Positions 47,983 through 60,006 of a DNA stretch of 64,000 nucleotides are shown here, in pieces; positions within the stretch are counted from its first letter, which is position 1; every line of letters starts with the position of its first letter. The translations under genes were made by a program, and so were the position numbers. Under the pieces are notes generated by a model. That model made no database searches. It was not told where the DNA came from and saw only the letters and a program-made list of their open reading frames with translations. Origin of the DNA: Podarcis erhardii (lineage: Eukaryota); NCBI GenBank assembly GCA_964252035.1, contig OZ176201.1. One strand, written 5' to 3'.

Positions 47983-50900
47983 ACTACAACTCCCATCATC
48001 CCTAACCATTGGCCAAGCTGGCAAGGACAGATGGGAGTTGTAGCCCTGTCTGGAGGGCACCAGGCTGGGGGAGGCTGCCTGGAGGATTCCCTAGGCAGTA
48101 CAAGGCTGCTGTACTTATATTTATTTAGAAGGGAGGGTGGAATATAAGCATCCCATGCAAGAAGCATTCTTCCTTCATCACTTAATTCTATCTGGGAGCT
48201 AACACATGAGTACCCTTAAGATGTATGAAATGCATGTCCTCTTTTCAGAAGGCAGCTTCTTCCTAAACAGGACTACCTGAAACTGACCGCTGAGCATCTG
48301 GCCAGTGTTTTGGATAGTGGTTGGGGGAAGAGGGGCTGGTTGACAAGAACCCCAAGCCCGTGATCCCTCTTAAACCATAAAGGTGATGGAGAGAGAACAA
48401 AACCATTTTACCAGCAGCTGCATCTAACCCACTTCTTTGCCTCCACCTTTATCACAATGATAAATGGTGGCTAATAGAGATGTAAGAATTGCAGGAATTT
48501 TGAAGCCTTGGTGGTGGAAACTGGTTCTTTCCCCCCCCCCCCGAGGGGGGGGGGTAGAAATGGAAGTTTTGGGGGCAATTGAAATAAGAACGTAAGAGCA
48601 GCTTTCTGGATCATGCCAATGTCCCATCTAGTCTAGCATCCTGTTCTCACAGCGGCCAACCAGATAATATGCAATTCTTACCAAACCTACATTTATTTTA
48701 CTGCTTTTAATAACCCAAAAGGCATAATTTATAACTTGGCTTATAAAATTTTACTCTGGGATTTCCAGAGCAGTTCTATGCATGTTTACCCAGAACTAAT
48801 ACCTTTTCTGTTTAGTGTTCCAGAGATAAGCGCAGGCGGAATTGCTGTAGGCTGCCCATCCCCTACGCACTTACCTGGGAGTGAGTCAGTTACGCCAAAC
48901 CAATGAGACTTAATTCTGAGCGGTCAGGCTGCAAAGAATCATGCTATGTTATAACAGGGTGTCTGTGTCACTGTCACTTGAGGGGAGAGGGGAAAAGGTT
49001 GACCACAAGGGAAGGACCCAGTCAAAAGCATAGGCGTAGAATATCCACTTCTACTGTGTTCATAGTACACATTTTGAGTGAGCAAAAACTTGCCTTAAAG
49101 CATTTAAGTCATTCCAAAAAAGAAAATGCTTAAAATTTCCATTTTTCCACCAGAAAGTAGATTCTAGGGCAAACCCCACCCTGTTTTTTCTGGAAAGTTT
49201 CCAGTTTGGGTTTTTTTCTGGACCTCCAAATCTCTAGTAACTAAGCACCTTTGCCAACCCATCTGGAAAAGCCCATCCTTCTGAAATGGCACTAGCTTCC
49301 AGGGGGATAAGGTGAACAGAAGCAATGCAGTCCTGGAAATGACAGCAACAGGGGGAGAGGTTTTTCTTTCCTTTCTTCCGGAACAGCTCCTGACCTCACA
49401 GTAATATTGCAGCCCATGGAAACTTCACACTGCTGGGTTGATGAGACTTCCGACCAGATGGTGAGTATTTAAGTATATAAAAAGGCTTCGGTACTTTATA
49501 ACTCCTCCCCGATCTTCCTTTTAACTCCCAAGCTTTCCATCTGCTGCTTAGCATCAATACCGCACACCTGAGCTTTCTGCGCTTCGTCTCACAAATAAGT
49601 ACTTAATTGCTGCCTCGCCACCTCCTGCTGCAGTGAACGGTTTGGAAACGGCGCCAATGCGTGCAGGAGCCAGGCTTCTTTGTGCAATGACTTTTGAAAT
49701 GGGGCAGGGAAGGGAGAAGAGGACCTAGAAGCATCGGAACGAGAAAAGCCTTAAAATGTCTATCACAGTCCCATTTGCTGCCTTGCGAAGCAAAGGGTGC
49801 CGTGCACACAAACGGGTGTCACTGGCCTCGTTGCTAGGAGTTCTGCTGCTAATATTTGGGGTTTTCTCCCATGCTTCTCTACAACCAGGGCTTGAAAAAG
49901 GGGCACAGGTGACATTGCTAGGTATCCCCCCCGCCCTTTCCATACTAGACGTTTACAAAATAAAAGGTGCTATTAAAAAGCTGGCTTTAGTCATTTCCAG
50001 ATGCAACCCTCTCTGTAAGCGTATGTGTCTGTTGTGCTTGGAGATTCACAGAGCAGAAGAGTTTTAGCAGGGGGGCAAGGGATGCGCTCCCTCTACAGAG
50101 TTGCGCCGCCTGTCATCCTAGGCCAAAGGTGCAAAGGAAGTAGGGTTGAAATGCCCCCATTATATAAACCTCCCCAAGTTCATCATAACACCACTGTAGC
50201 CTTTATGGTGCGTGTCTAGTCCCCACCGTTCCCTGCCTTGTGGCGCGACCAGCAGTGTACACTCGCAGGGTGCACCATTTGTATCTCTGGCTTCCTGCTG
50301 ATGCGTGCAAGGCAAAAAGGACTCCCCCACCCCGCCAGAACACTTAAACACTTCCAGCTGGCCACTCCAGCACTGGCCTAGGAGCTATGGGCAACTGTGG
50401 TGCAGTTGTGTCCTAAAGGGTTAAAATGCCTCACCACCAGCCCCTTATATTTGTAGCCTTTAAACTCCACATGCATGTTCCTTTCTTTGGGGATTGGCTG
50501 TGATCAGCTCTAAAGGAAGAGGTGCAAATGGGACACACCTCAGCCGCTGGCAAATTCTCACAATTTAAGAACTTTGTTCTTTTGAGTGCTTTTAAGCTGC
50601 TGCAGCCCATGAATGACAGGTGGCCTGCTCTGCAAATGGAAACAACTTCGCACTTAAATACCTGCTTTTTGAAACTGAAAAAGGAATTATGATGACTGAC
50701 ATTCCAAGAAGCAGAGGATGTCGAAATAGGTTGATAGAAACCCATCTGGATAAAACTGGCATCGTGGACACATACCCAGGCCAGCATCTGAATTGCTCCA
50801 TCTCTGTTGTCCTGGCCCTATGCTCTAATTGTGTCCATGAGCCAGCAAAGCTGATCGGACCTTTTGCACCTGTGACCTTGGAAAAACAAAGCAGCGTGTC

Positions 50901-51437
50901 GCCCTGATGGAAGGACAAAGTAAAATGGCTTTTGTGGGTGGGATGTGACCTGGTTGCAAGTGAAAAAAAATATAAATCCTCAACTCCAAATCATGTTAGG
51001 AAATGGATCTGGTTTTCCTTCACTTGGCTTTTTTTTAAAAGACTTTTTAAAATGCTGGTACAGCATACCCATAATGAAATGAGCTAGTGTTGTTGCAAAG
51101 CAATCAAACACACACACTCCTCCTTTTTCCTCTCCCTGCCCCCTCCTCTTTTTTGGTGCTAGTGAACTGTTTACATGGGAATGGCCCTTTTACTACCTGT
51201 TTGGGAGACTCTTTAACTAGGCCCCAGTTTGAGACATTTGGTACAAGCCCTGCCCCCTTCATCAGTCGTGACTCCGATAACTTTATAACTTGCTCTCAGC
51301 TCTCCTGCCTCACATGGTATACAGGTGGCATTTTCAATGTGAATCCAAAGCTTGTCAGGTCCTCTACATTATGTTTTGCCTTTTATGTTATTTTCATTGT
51401 GATAATGCTGTATTTAAAGAGGATATTTAAGTGTAAA

Positions 51438-51443
51438 AATAAA
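51438..51443 (+). terminator. CSRNP2: Candidate CSRNP2 polyadenylation signal
   Basis: AATAAA after a U-rich block. Confidence 0.5.
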
Positions 51444-52562
51444 GAAATGCTTGAACTTGCAAAGCAGCTTCTGTCCTCAGTGCAAAAGTTGACAATAGTG
51501 GTTTAGGTTATTGCTGCTCACTTAATAGTGCAATGGACATGGAACCTTGCATAATCCTGACTAGAGCCAAGCTCGTGCTCCCACTGCTCTTCCATGGTGT
51601 ATATTGTCTGCAAAACCACTAATCTCGGGTTTATAAACTATGGGTTGTATTCAAAGCAGTGCTGATGCTTGTTCATGCCACATGCGCTGACACGAGCTCC
51701 CTTCTCCTCGCCTTGCACATCATTCTGGGAGGGGAAGAAGTCCTGTTGCGCTGACTTCCACTAGTGCGATTACTGAGTTTAATTGGCCCTATAATTTCAA
51801 TCTTGGAGCAGAATCTGCCTTGTAACGAAGCACACACAACATATGGTTGGTTCAGAAACAGCATCAAGACCACAGAGGATAGCAGTACCTGTTCTAAGGC
51901 AGTTCATGCAACTTGAAGAACTGGGCTTTTTGCATCATCTGTTTACTTCATTCATAGTGAAATATCAGTGGGGCCTTTCAGAGAGGCTGTGGCTTACTCG
52001 CCTGTAGAGTACAGCTTGGAATATAGTTAATAGAAGCACAAGCTGCGTCTGCAGCAGCTGATCCCTGGCAAGCAGAGCCAGCCGTTTCATTTCTTGGCAG
52101 GGGAATTAAACTCTTGTTACAAAGAACTGGGGTACAGTGTGTGTCAGCCAGGGCCCTGGCCTGTATGCGGCATAAACTTATGGTCTTGCATAAACTGCAG
52201 GACTCATTGGGGAAATGACAAGGTGAATAGCTTTGATCAGGGGTCACCAACCTACAGCCCGGGGGCCAGATAAGGCCCGAGGGACTTGTTTATCCAGCCC
52301 GTGGCAACTGCTGCCACCCGCTCTTACCGGTGCGGGGACCCACTTCCGGGTCGGAGAAGCACCAGAAATTGCATGTGCGCGTATGGCGCATGCTCCCCCG
52401 CCCTCTGTGCAATTGTCGCTCTAGACACCAGCCTGAGGCAAGGAAAGCTTGGAGACCCCTGGCTTTATCATCCCAGCACTGTGCCTGTCTAAGCTATTAC
52501 CAAGCTGTAAGATAGAAAACAAGCAGTGTTCTAAACAATCCAGGTAAAATGTGAGATTGTCC

Positions 52563-52568
52563 TTTATT
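52563..52568 (-). terminator. LETMD1: Candidate LETMD1 polyadenylation signal
   Basis: Minus-strand AATAAA about 990 nt past the LETMD1 stop. Confidence 0.4.
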
Positions 52569-53555
52569 AGCTATCTTTAACAAAACATTCACATCAGGTA
52601 TAGCTGGACGTTCTTTTACTTTTACACACTTCTCATGCATTTTATAATGACTGACTCAATCACTAGTCTACCACACACAATTTATATACTATCTGGCCAG
52701 AATTCCAGCTTCTGGAGTGCAAGACTTGGCTTTTTTTCTTTTTCCCCCACTTGGCTTTTAAGTATCGTGGCAGTAGTATTTAAGACTTGGAGGCACAGAA
52801 ATGGATATTAAGTGCTTTGGGTAGGGATACTCCAATTAACTTGTGGAATTACCCTGTTGAATTCTTTAGGCTCTTACCACATCTGCCAACATGAAATGCA
52901 CCTTCCATAATGCCCATGTGAGAGCACAGCTGTATCTTTCCTGCAGAAGAGCATGCCACTAACAGGATTTCAAACAAAAGTTGCAGCTCTGAAAAACGGG
53001 GTCCTATATTCAAAGTCTTGCAGCACACTGCAAATGCCCAGCAAAAGGCACTGAGCTCCATGCAGCCTTGTTGATTATAAAAGTGAAGTTTAAAAGGGGG
53101 AGGGAAACAGCCTGGGAAAGTTCCTGACAGCTTTGTTACCCTTCAAAGTTACAAGGAAGTCAATACAGGCTAACGCCAATACCTTCTTCAGCAGATGTTT
53201 TTACAAGAGACTTAAGCGGTGAAAAGAAGTACGGAATCATGCTGTGCCCACGAGGACATTCTGGAGCCAGATCTAAACAGAAATATTGTGGTCTTCTACA
53301 GTACAGGCATTTTGTCCAGGGCCATACTGGCAATTCTCTTGTATCCCTCTACGGCAGGAGGAGGAATATTCAGCATAATGCAGTGTTTCCTCTACCTTCC
53401 TCTCAAGGCTAATAATTCAGTGGGAGATGCTTCTGCAGGGCTCCTGCTCATTGTATTTCAGTATAAGCAAAAATCCTTATCTCCCTCTGCTTCAGCCAAG
53501 AGTCACTGTCGCAGCATCTCTTCAGAAGTGGTCCACCAGTGAGGGGTGCCCTTAG

Positions 53556-53626
53556 TCAGCCCTTGGAAGAAGGGAAGTTGATAGAAAGCAAGACCATGCC
53601 ATGTGCCAAGAGTGAAGTCTCAGCAT
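53556..53626 (-). CDS. LETMD1: LETMD1 exon 9 (last)
   Basis: ttttctctttccag|(D)AETSLLAHGMVLLSINFPSSKG*; 71 nt; resembles recalled human EAELSLLLHNVVLLSTNY. Confidence 0.9.
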
Positions 53627-54203
53627 CTGGAAAGAGAAAAGTGTGCATTGCCTTTGTGTCTATTTGCGATATGTGCCGACCCTTCACTGTAAACTCTCAC
53701 AGGGCTGGCCACAACAAACAATTCATAAAACGATCCAGTGCTTCTAAATAGAACCAAATCATAGCTAAAAGTAAAAAGGGGCTTCCCCTCCCACAATCTG
53801 TCACAGGGAAGTTTTTTAAAGAAAAGTTGTTTTTGCCTGGTATCGGGAGCTAATCAGTGTCTGCACCAGCCTAATCTTGGTGTTTGTGTTTTGACTGGTC
53901 CATAGCTGGGAGGGCATATTCCTCCGTTGCAGGGAGTTGGACTAGATGATCCTCAGGGTCCCTTCCAACTCTCTAATGCTATGGTGCTGCCACTAAGAAA
54001 GCCCTATTCTGAATTATTTGCCTTCCAAACTTTGCTAGGCCATCTCTTTTGCAGCCAGGACAGTACAGGGCAACAGGTACCTCTTCAGGTAAACACTGCA
54101 ACAATAAGGATGGGTCAGAAGAGCAGCTGCTTCTAGTTGTGTGAGAGAGATTCAGTAAGGGCTCTAAGGGAAGCCTCACGTGGCCAAATTCAGGCAGGCT
54201 TAC

Positions 54204-54300
54204 CTTTCAGCGAACAGGAGAGTGTGAGCCAGTGAGCCAGCCACAGCCTGCATGCCAGTGGGCTGAGGTGAACAGAATTCAAGCCACGGGTATAACAAGC
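54204..54300 (-). CDS. LETMD1: LETMD1 exon 8
   Basis: [32 protein letters not shown]; cag| and |gtaagc; 97 nt. Confidence 0.93.
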
Positions 54301-54588
54301 CTGCAGAGAAGAGAGGCATTCTGTTGGATCAGAGAGACTTTCATTTGAAAAGCAACGGCTAAATGCAAGGACATTCACTGCTAAATTCTGACATTAAAAG
54401 CTGGGCTGGTGTGTGTGTATGTGTTTTTTAAGCCATTCAAGCTGTCCTCATTTGACATAAGACTGACATTACTATTTCTGAAAAGGGTGACAGTGTTACT
54501 GTGCAGTATAGCACAGCTTGTGGAATGTGGTCCACGGCAGCTTTTAAGGCACAATAAATAGTCTTTTAAGGTTACCCTAAAGGTACGA

Positions 54589-54934
54589 GGCAGGTGGCGC
54601 TGTGGGTTAAACCACAGAGCCTAGGACTTGCCGATCAGAAGGTTGGCGGTTTGAATCCCCGTGACGGGGTGAGCTCCCGTTGCTCGGTCCCTGCTCCTGC
54701 CAACCTAGCAGTTCAAAAGCACGTCAAAGTGCAAGTAGATAAAAAGGTACCACTCCGGCGGGAAGGTAAACGGCGTTTCCGTGCGTTGCTCTGGTTCGCC
54801 AGAAGCGGCTTAGTCATGCTGGCCACATGACCCGGAAGCTGTACACCAGCTCCCTCAGCCAGTAAAGCGAGATGAGCACCGCAACCCCAGAGTCGGTCAC
54901 GACTGGACCTAATGGTCAGGGGTCCCTTTACCTT
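54589..54934 (+). mobile_element. Sauria SINE
   Basis: 11-bp TSD taaaggtacga at 54578-54588 and 54935-54945. Confidence 0.9.
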
Positions 54935-54945
54935 TAAAGGTACGA

Positions 54946-55075
54946 CACAGCTCAGTCAGTAGAGCACAAGACTCCTGATCTCAGGGTCATGGGTTTGAGC
55001 CCCACACCGGGCAAAAAGGTTCCTGCATTGCAGCAGGTTGGACTAGATAGCTCTCGTGGTCCCAGCTATGATTCT
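54946..55075 (+). mobile_element. tRNA-Lys-derived SINE with CR1-like tail
   Basis: agctcagtcagtagagcacaagactcctgatctcagggtcatgggtttgagccccac resembles tRNA-Lys(CTT); followed by cctgcattgcagcaggttggactagat. Confidence 0.75.
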
Positions 55076-55169
55076 AACCCTAGCATGCGAGAACTGGCAC
55101 AGCCACAGTCAGTTCCTAGCCAGCAACGCTGCACCTCAGTTTGCTGCAGTATACAAAACTTCATCTCAC

Positions 55170-55322
55170 CGCTTGCACTTCCTCATCGGTTAGCTGCCCC
55201 ACACCCAGTTTCAGCATCGCTTGGTCCAGATGGTGCAGCTCTTTTATGTGGCTCTGCAAGCGGTATCTCAGGAAGAGAGACGGCAAGCGAGGAGTTAGGA
55301 ACAAAACACGGCTTAGGACTTT
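55170..55322 (-). CDS. LETMD1: LETMD1 exon 7
   Basis: KVLSRVLFLTPRLPSLFLRYRLQSHIKELHHLDQAMLKLGVGQLTDEEVQA; ccccag| and |gtgaga; 153 nt. Confidence 0.93.
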
Positions 55323-55655
55323 CTGGGGGGAGAAGAGAAGACGGTGGGATTAAACTGCACGATGGTAGTCAGCAAAGCTTTTCACAGCTGCCCTGCTTCC
55401 CCAGTTCAAAATATGGCTAACAGGAGGTTATGATCATTCCCCTCCAAAAAGGCAGCACATAAGGCAGCATAGATCAGTAGTAGGTTTCAATTTAAGGAGA
55501 AGCAACTGTCTGTTGCACCTTAAGGATTTATAGCTGGAAAGATTTATTGTCTTATTTTAAAAACTCAGTCAAAACCTAGGGGGGCTGCAGTTGGTGGCAA
55601 TAGATTTAGCTGGGTCGTCAGTATAATCCCATTTAATTTCTGGAAAGGCACTCAC

Positions 55656-55757
55656 CAGCTGCTGAACCCTGAGTTGCTGGATGCCAAAGGGATGTCCCAC
55701 AAATAAGGTCCTCACAGCTGTAAGTTCTCTTACATCTGGGTGGCATCCTTCCTGCAC
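55656..55757 (-). CDS. LETMD1: LETMD1 exon 6
   Basis: VQEGCHPDVRELTAVRTLFVGHPFGIQQLRVQQL; ttcaag| and |gtgagt; 102 nt. Confidence 0.9.
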
Positions 55758-55789
55758 CTTGAAGATTAAGATATATCATTGGTAGAAAC

Positions 55790-55790
55790 A

Positions 55791-55821
<31 letters not shown>

Positions 55822-55850
55822 GAAAAAAGAAAGAAAAGAAAGAAAAGAAA
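55790..55850. repeat. (GAAA)n / (GAAAA)n microsatellite
   Basis: Purine-only repeat run. Confidence 0.9.
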
Positions 55851-56004
55851 AGCACCATACTGCTTTCCAAGAATAAAAGAGGATGGGAATCTTGTAAAAA
55901 CCTGAAAACCAATCCTGCTATAACATATAGCAGCTGAGCACATTTTCATTCCTGGAACAAATGAGAAGTTCCTGTTTGCTGTAGTCATTACACCCTTCCC
56001 AAAT

Positions 56005-56345
56005 AAGTTGTTGTTGTTGTTGTTGTTAATAATAATAACCCACCCATCCATCTGGCGGGTTGCCCCAGCCACCCTGGGTGGCTTCCAACACACATAAAAA
56101 CATAATAAAACATCAAATATTTAAAACTTCCTGATACAGGGCTGCCTTCAGGTGTGTTCTAAAAGTTGTATAGTTATTTATCTCCTTGGCATCTGGTTTG
56201 GGGAGGGCATTCCACTCCACTGTCGAGAAGGCCCTCTGCCTGGTTCCCTGTAGCTTCACTTCTTGCAGTGAGGGAACCACCAGATGGGCCCTGAGAGGTG
56301 GACCTCAAGTAACTGGGCTGAATGATGGGGGTGGAGACGCTCCTT
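56005..56345 (-). mobile_element. L2-clade LINE 3' fragment
   Basis: Reverse-complement similarity to 28915-29222 (gagaaggccctctgcctggttccctgtagc; ctgggtggcttcc). Confidence 0.7.
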
Positions 56346-56580
56346 CAGGTATACAGAGCCAAGGCTGTTTAGGGCTTCAAAGGTCAGCACTAACCCTTAA
56401 CAATGCTCTGCTTCACCATTTCCATGAGGAAAGTTGCTATGCCATACTACCTAGTTGCATTAATGGGATAGGTGCAACAGAATTAACCTTTTTTCTTGTT
56501 AGATGGGCATTTCTTCAGCTTAGATGGAAAACTGCACACAGAGTATCTGACCAGTAAATACTTTATTAGGCCAACAAATT

Positions 56581-56608
56581 GACTGACTGACTGACTGACT
56601 GACTGACT
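56581..56608. repeat. (GACT)7 microsatellite
   Basis: Perfect tetranucleotide run. Confidence 0.9.
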
Positions 56609-57416
56609 GTATGCATGCAGATCAGGCCAAATTGAATTATATCCTCTTATCCTTTATACAACTCACTTTGCAATAGATTTTCTAGAAGTTCAATCAGGTG
56701 GTTTCAAAACTAGACGGCTGCTGGCTGATGTGGAATTTGTTTTGTTGCCTTTAGGGTCTATACACAACAGCTGGCAGTTGTAGGCTACTTTTTTGACCTA
56801 AAACAGTGCTGACTGCCCAAGGGCTATTTGGGTTTTGTTTGGGGTTTTTTTGGTTATTTTGGGAGAAATGCATGATTAACTTATTCTTGGATTATCCTTT
56901 TTGAGCCGCATTATAGTGGTCATTTGTTACAAACAATAAAATCTGACGGGGGGGGGGACCCTCCACCAGTGTAGCTAATACCCACTGTTATTTAGTTCCT
57001 TCCAAAAATTGTCCCATAAAGAATAATAAAGGCCTGGATTTACTTCTTTTTCTCGTTGTCATCTACTAAAATTGCAAGCCATTATTATAAACTGACAAGT
57101 ACTCAAGAGTGCATTGCCAGAAAGCCTCTGCATAAGTGACAAATCAGTAGACACAAGTATCAGAACATCCTTTTCCTTGCCAGCATTTGCTAAGCCAACT
57201 ATACAGTCTGGTGTCTTTCCTGAATGACTTTTCTATACATGTTCGTATTCAGGTTAAGTTTGTTGTTTTTTTATTTAAAAAAAATAACTCTCTGGAATGA
57301 CTTTAAAACCGTATAATTAAGGTTTCAGAAGTTTGCAGTATGTTGCTCACATGACAACAGGAAAGTAGAATCTAGACATCATGAAGTTGGTAGTGATGGG
57401 CCAACTTTCAATATAA

Positions 57417-57757
57417 AAAGCATAAAGGACCCCTGACCATTAGGTCCAGTCGTGACCGACTCTGGGGTTGCGGTGCTCATCTCGATTTATTGGACGAGGG
57501 AGCCGGCGTACAGCTTCTGGGTCATGTGGCCAGCATGACTAAGCTGCTTCTGGCGAACCAGAGCAGCGCATGTTTACCTTCCCGCTGGAGTGGTACCTAT
57601 TTATTTACTTGCACTTTGACGTGCTTTCGAACTGCTAGGTTGGCAGGAGCAGGGACCGAGCAACGGGAGCTCACCCCGTCGCGGGGATTTGAACCGCTGA
57701 CCTTCTGATCAGCAAGTCCTAGGCTCTGTATTTAACCCACAGCACCACCCACATCCC
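57417..57757 (-). mobile_element. Sauria SINE
   Basis: Reverse complement of the family consensus seen elsewhere in the window. Confidence 0.85.
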
Positions 57758-57851
57758 TTAACTCTCAATATACAAAAGCCTTATTTCTGCAAAGCAAGAC
57801 ATGTCCAAAGACTGCCTCTCTATCAGCTGGGGTTGGGTGGTAATTAGATAC

Positions 57852-58038
57852 CTTTTTGCAGAGATCTAGCATCTGTTTCCGAAGCTGGGAATCAGCTAGG
57901 GAGCGAGAGAGGTTCATTAGACCATCAACCGCTTCTGGGTATGCCTCCTTTCTCATATTGTGGTAGGTGTCCAGAAATTCAGCTTCTTGTTTGGAAGTCC
58001 AGAAGTGGCGTATCAAGAGTTGTCTTGGGAACAGATAC
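57852..58038 (-). CDS. LETMD1: LETMD1 exon 5
   Basis: YLFPRQLLIRHFWTSKQEAEFLDTYH...LRKQMLDLCKK; YLFPRQLLIRHFW is the LETM1-like signature; 187 nt. Confidence 0.95.
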
Positions 58039-58572
58039 CTTGGGAAGGAAAGATTGTCAAGAAGATACACATTTCAAAACCAAGACACAGCTGTGTATCA
58101 AAGAACATTCAAATCTGGGCCCCAGGAACCCAAATTCTGCATTTTGCAGCTTCTGTTGATTTTGTGGGGTTTGCCTATTTTATACAAATTTGACTGCTTC
58201 TTCCAGCCAAGAGAAGGAGCAACCAGTTATGTGATGGCTGAAACATCAGCCCCTGACAAGCAGAAGCCCTACTGAACTTTGCTTCTGCAAGCTTAACTAG
58301 ACCTTGTCCACAGACTTTCAAGTTACCTTCATTTATTTTAAAATGAAATATTTTAATTTAAAAAAACCCAATGTTTTCAGAATGCCTAGTAGACCATTTT
58401 CTCCCTCATGAAATCTACCTGGCAACTTGAAATAATCTCCTGATGCCTTTCTCTAGATTCTTCTGCCTTCAAAAAAACCAGGCAATGCAGGATTTTAGAA
58501 CTACTTTTGTCAGTTGTGATATAATCTGTTTCTTGTTAAAGTTCACATTAAGATATTATCAAGCCTATACGG

Positions 58573-58708
58573 CAGGCATCCCCAAACTCAGCCCTCCAAA
58601 TGTTTTGGGACTACAACTCCCATCATCCCTAGTTAACAGGACCGGTGGTCAGGGATGATGGGAACTGTAGTCCCAAAACATCTGGAGGGCCGAGTTTGGA
58701 GATGCCTG
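58573..58708. mobile_element. Palindromic hAT MITE
   Basis: caggcatccccaaact ... agtttggagatgcctg; TSD ctatacgg/ctatacag. Confidence 0.85.
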
Positions 58709-59180
58709 CTATACAGCATGCTAGGCTGTGATCCGGGGCTGTTAAGAGCAAGCCTCAAACATAAATGATGTTATCTTTAACTGTTTTTAACTCCCAAGCT
58801 GAAAACACCTATTTGGAACAGACCAAGGAAGGGGTGGGGGAGCTGCTTAAAGGTGAGGCCCGCCCCCCCTTAAAAAAAAGTTCCGGGGGGGGGGGTTAAA
58901 GCAGTTTGGGAGTTCTGTTGGGAAAACAACAGAGATGGTAAATGTTCAGAAAAAATGTGGGAGGGTGCATGGTTGCTGCACGATGAATTGCCACCCAGAG
59001 AAATTCACCAAAAATAATCCCTTTAGACTGAGGCTACGCATGGGGAGAGAATACAACGTGGAGTTGTGACTAGGGAAGCAGAGGCTCAGAAGAGTCAGGG
59101 CTTGATCCCACCCCCAGTGATTAATAAGATATGAATATGCTTTTGCAGTCTATTTTGGTACCTGCTAAAACACAAAGCAA

Positions 59181-59543
59181 GGGACACGGGCGGCGCTGTG
59201 GGTTAAACCACAGAGCCTAGGACTTGCCGATCAGAAGGCCGGCGGTTCGAATCCCTGTGACAGGGTGAGCTCCTGTTGCTCGGTCCCTGCTCCTGCCAAC
59301 CTAGCAGTTTGAAAGCACATCAAAGTGCAAGTAGATAAATAGGTACCGCTCCTGCGGTAAGGTAAACAGCGTTTCCGTGTGCTGCTGCTCTGGTTTGCCA
59401 GAAGCGGCTTAGTCATGCTGGCCACATGACCCGGAAGCTGTACGCCAGCTCCTTCGGCCTAGAGAGAGAGATGAGCGCCGCAACCCCAGAGTCGGCCACG
59501 ACTGGACCTAATAGTCAGGGGTCCCTTTACCCTTTACCTTTAC
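59181..59543 (+). mobile_element. Sauria SINE
   Basis: Full length with (ACCTTT)n tail; 14-bp TSD ctaaaacacaaagc at 59165-59178 and 59544-59557. Confidence 0.92.
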
Positions 59544-59727
59544 CTAAAACACAAAGCTGTACTCTAACAAGCTCTTCATCAAAGAGCAGTGCAGGTAAGT
59601 GATGAGAGGGGAAAAGAGAGAGAGACAGAGAGACAGAGAGAACCCCCCACTACTGTAGCCAAGCATTCACCCTCTCACAGTTAAGCGCAAGGACCTTTCA
59701 TCTGAACAGGCGCACAGTTGTACTTAC

Positions 59728-59810
59728 ATGAGCAAAAGAACCAGGTAGTTGGCAAAGGGAGGAAGAGAAAGAATCCCAACTGGAATGGCCTTGATCAGAT
59801 CTCTGCGAAA
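59728..59810 (-). CDS. LETMD1: LETMD1 exon 4
   Basis: FRRDLIKAIPVGILSLPPFANYLVLLLM; tttgaag| and |gtaagt; 83 nt. Confidence 0.95.
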
Positions 59811-60006
59811 CTTCAAAAATGCTTAGTCAGTAGAGCTGCCATGCACACACCCAAAACTACTGCAACGGTGAGGAAAATGCACATTTAAAGGGACTGATGG
59901 AGCAGTGGCATGCAAGGGACCACTGCTGCGTACTGTGGCATTTTATATGCCTCAAAGCTGTGCCTATTTTTGTCTCTCGCAAACTTAGTAACTATGGATG
60001 CTATAT

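Larger units (their letters stand above)
45616..51465 (+). other. CSRNP2: Putative CSRNP2 3' UTR (distal end inferred)
   Basis: AU-rich motifs after the stop; U-rich terminal block with miRNA 8-mers and AATAAA at 51438; an alternative AATAAA at 49959. Confidence 0.5.

Noticed and set aside
52020-52110. Frameshifted LETMD1 last exon (..ASINY..)
   Set aside because: Chance resemblance; the true last exon with a proper acceptor and frame is at 53556-53626.
54946-55012. Functional tRNA-Lys gene (also 41556-41616 on minus)
   Set aside because: Stems and anticodon are mutated and the sequence runs into a CR1-like tail, as expected for a SINE head.
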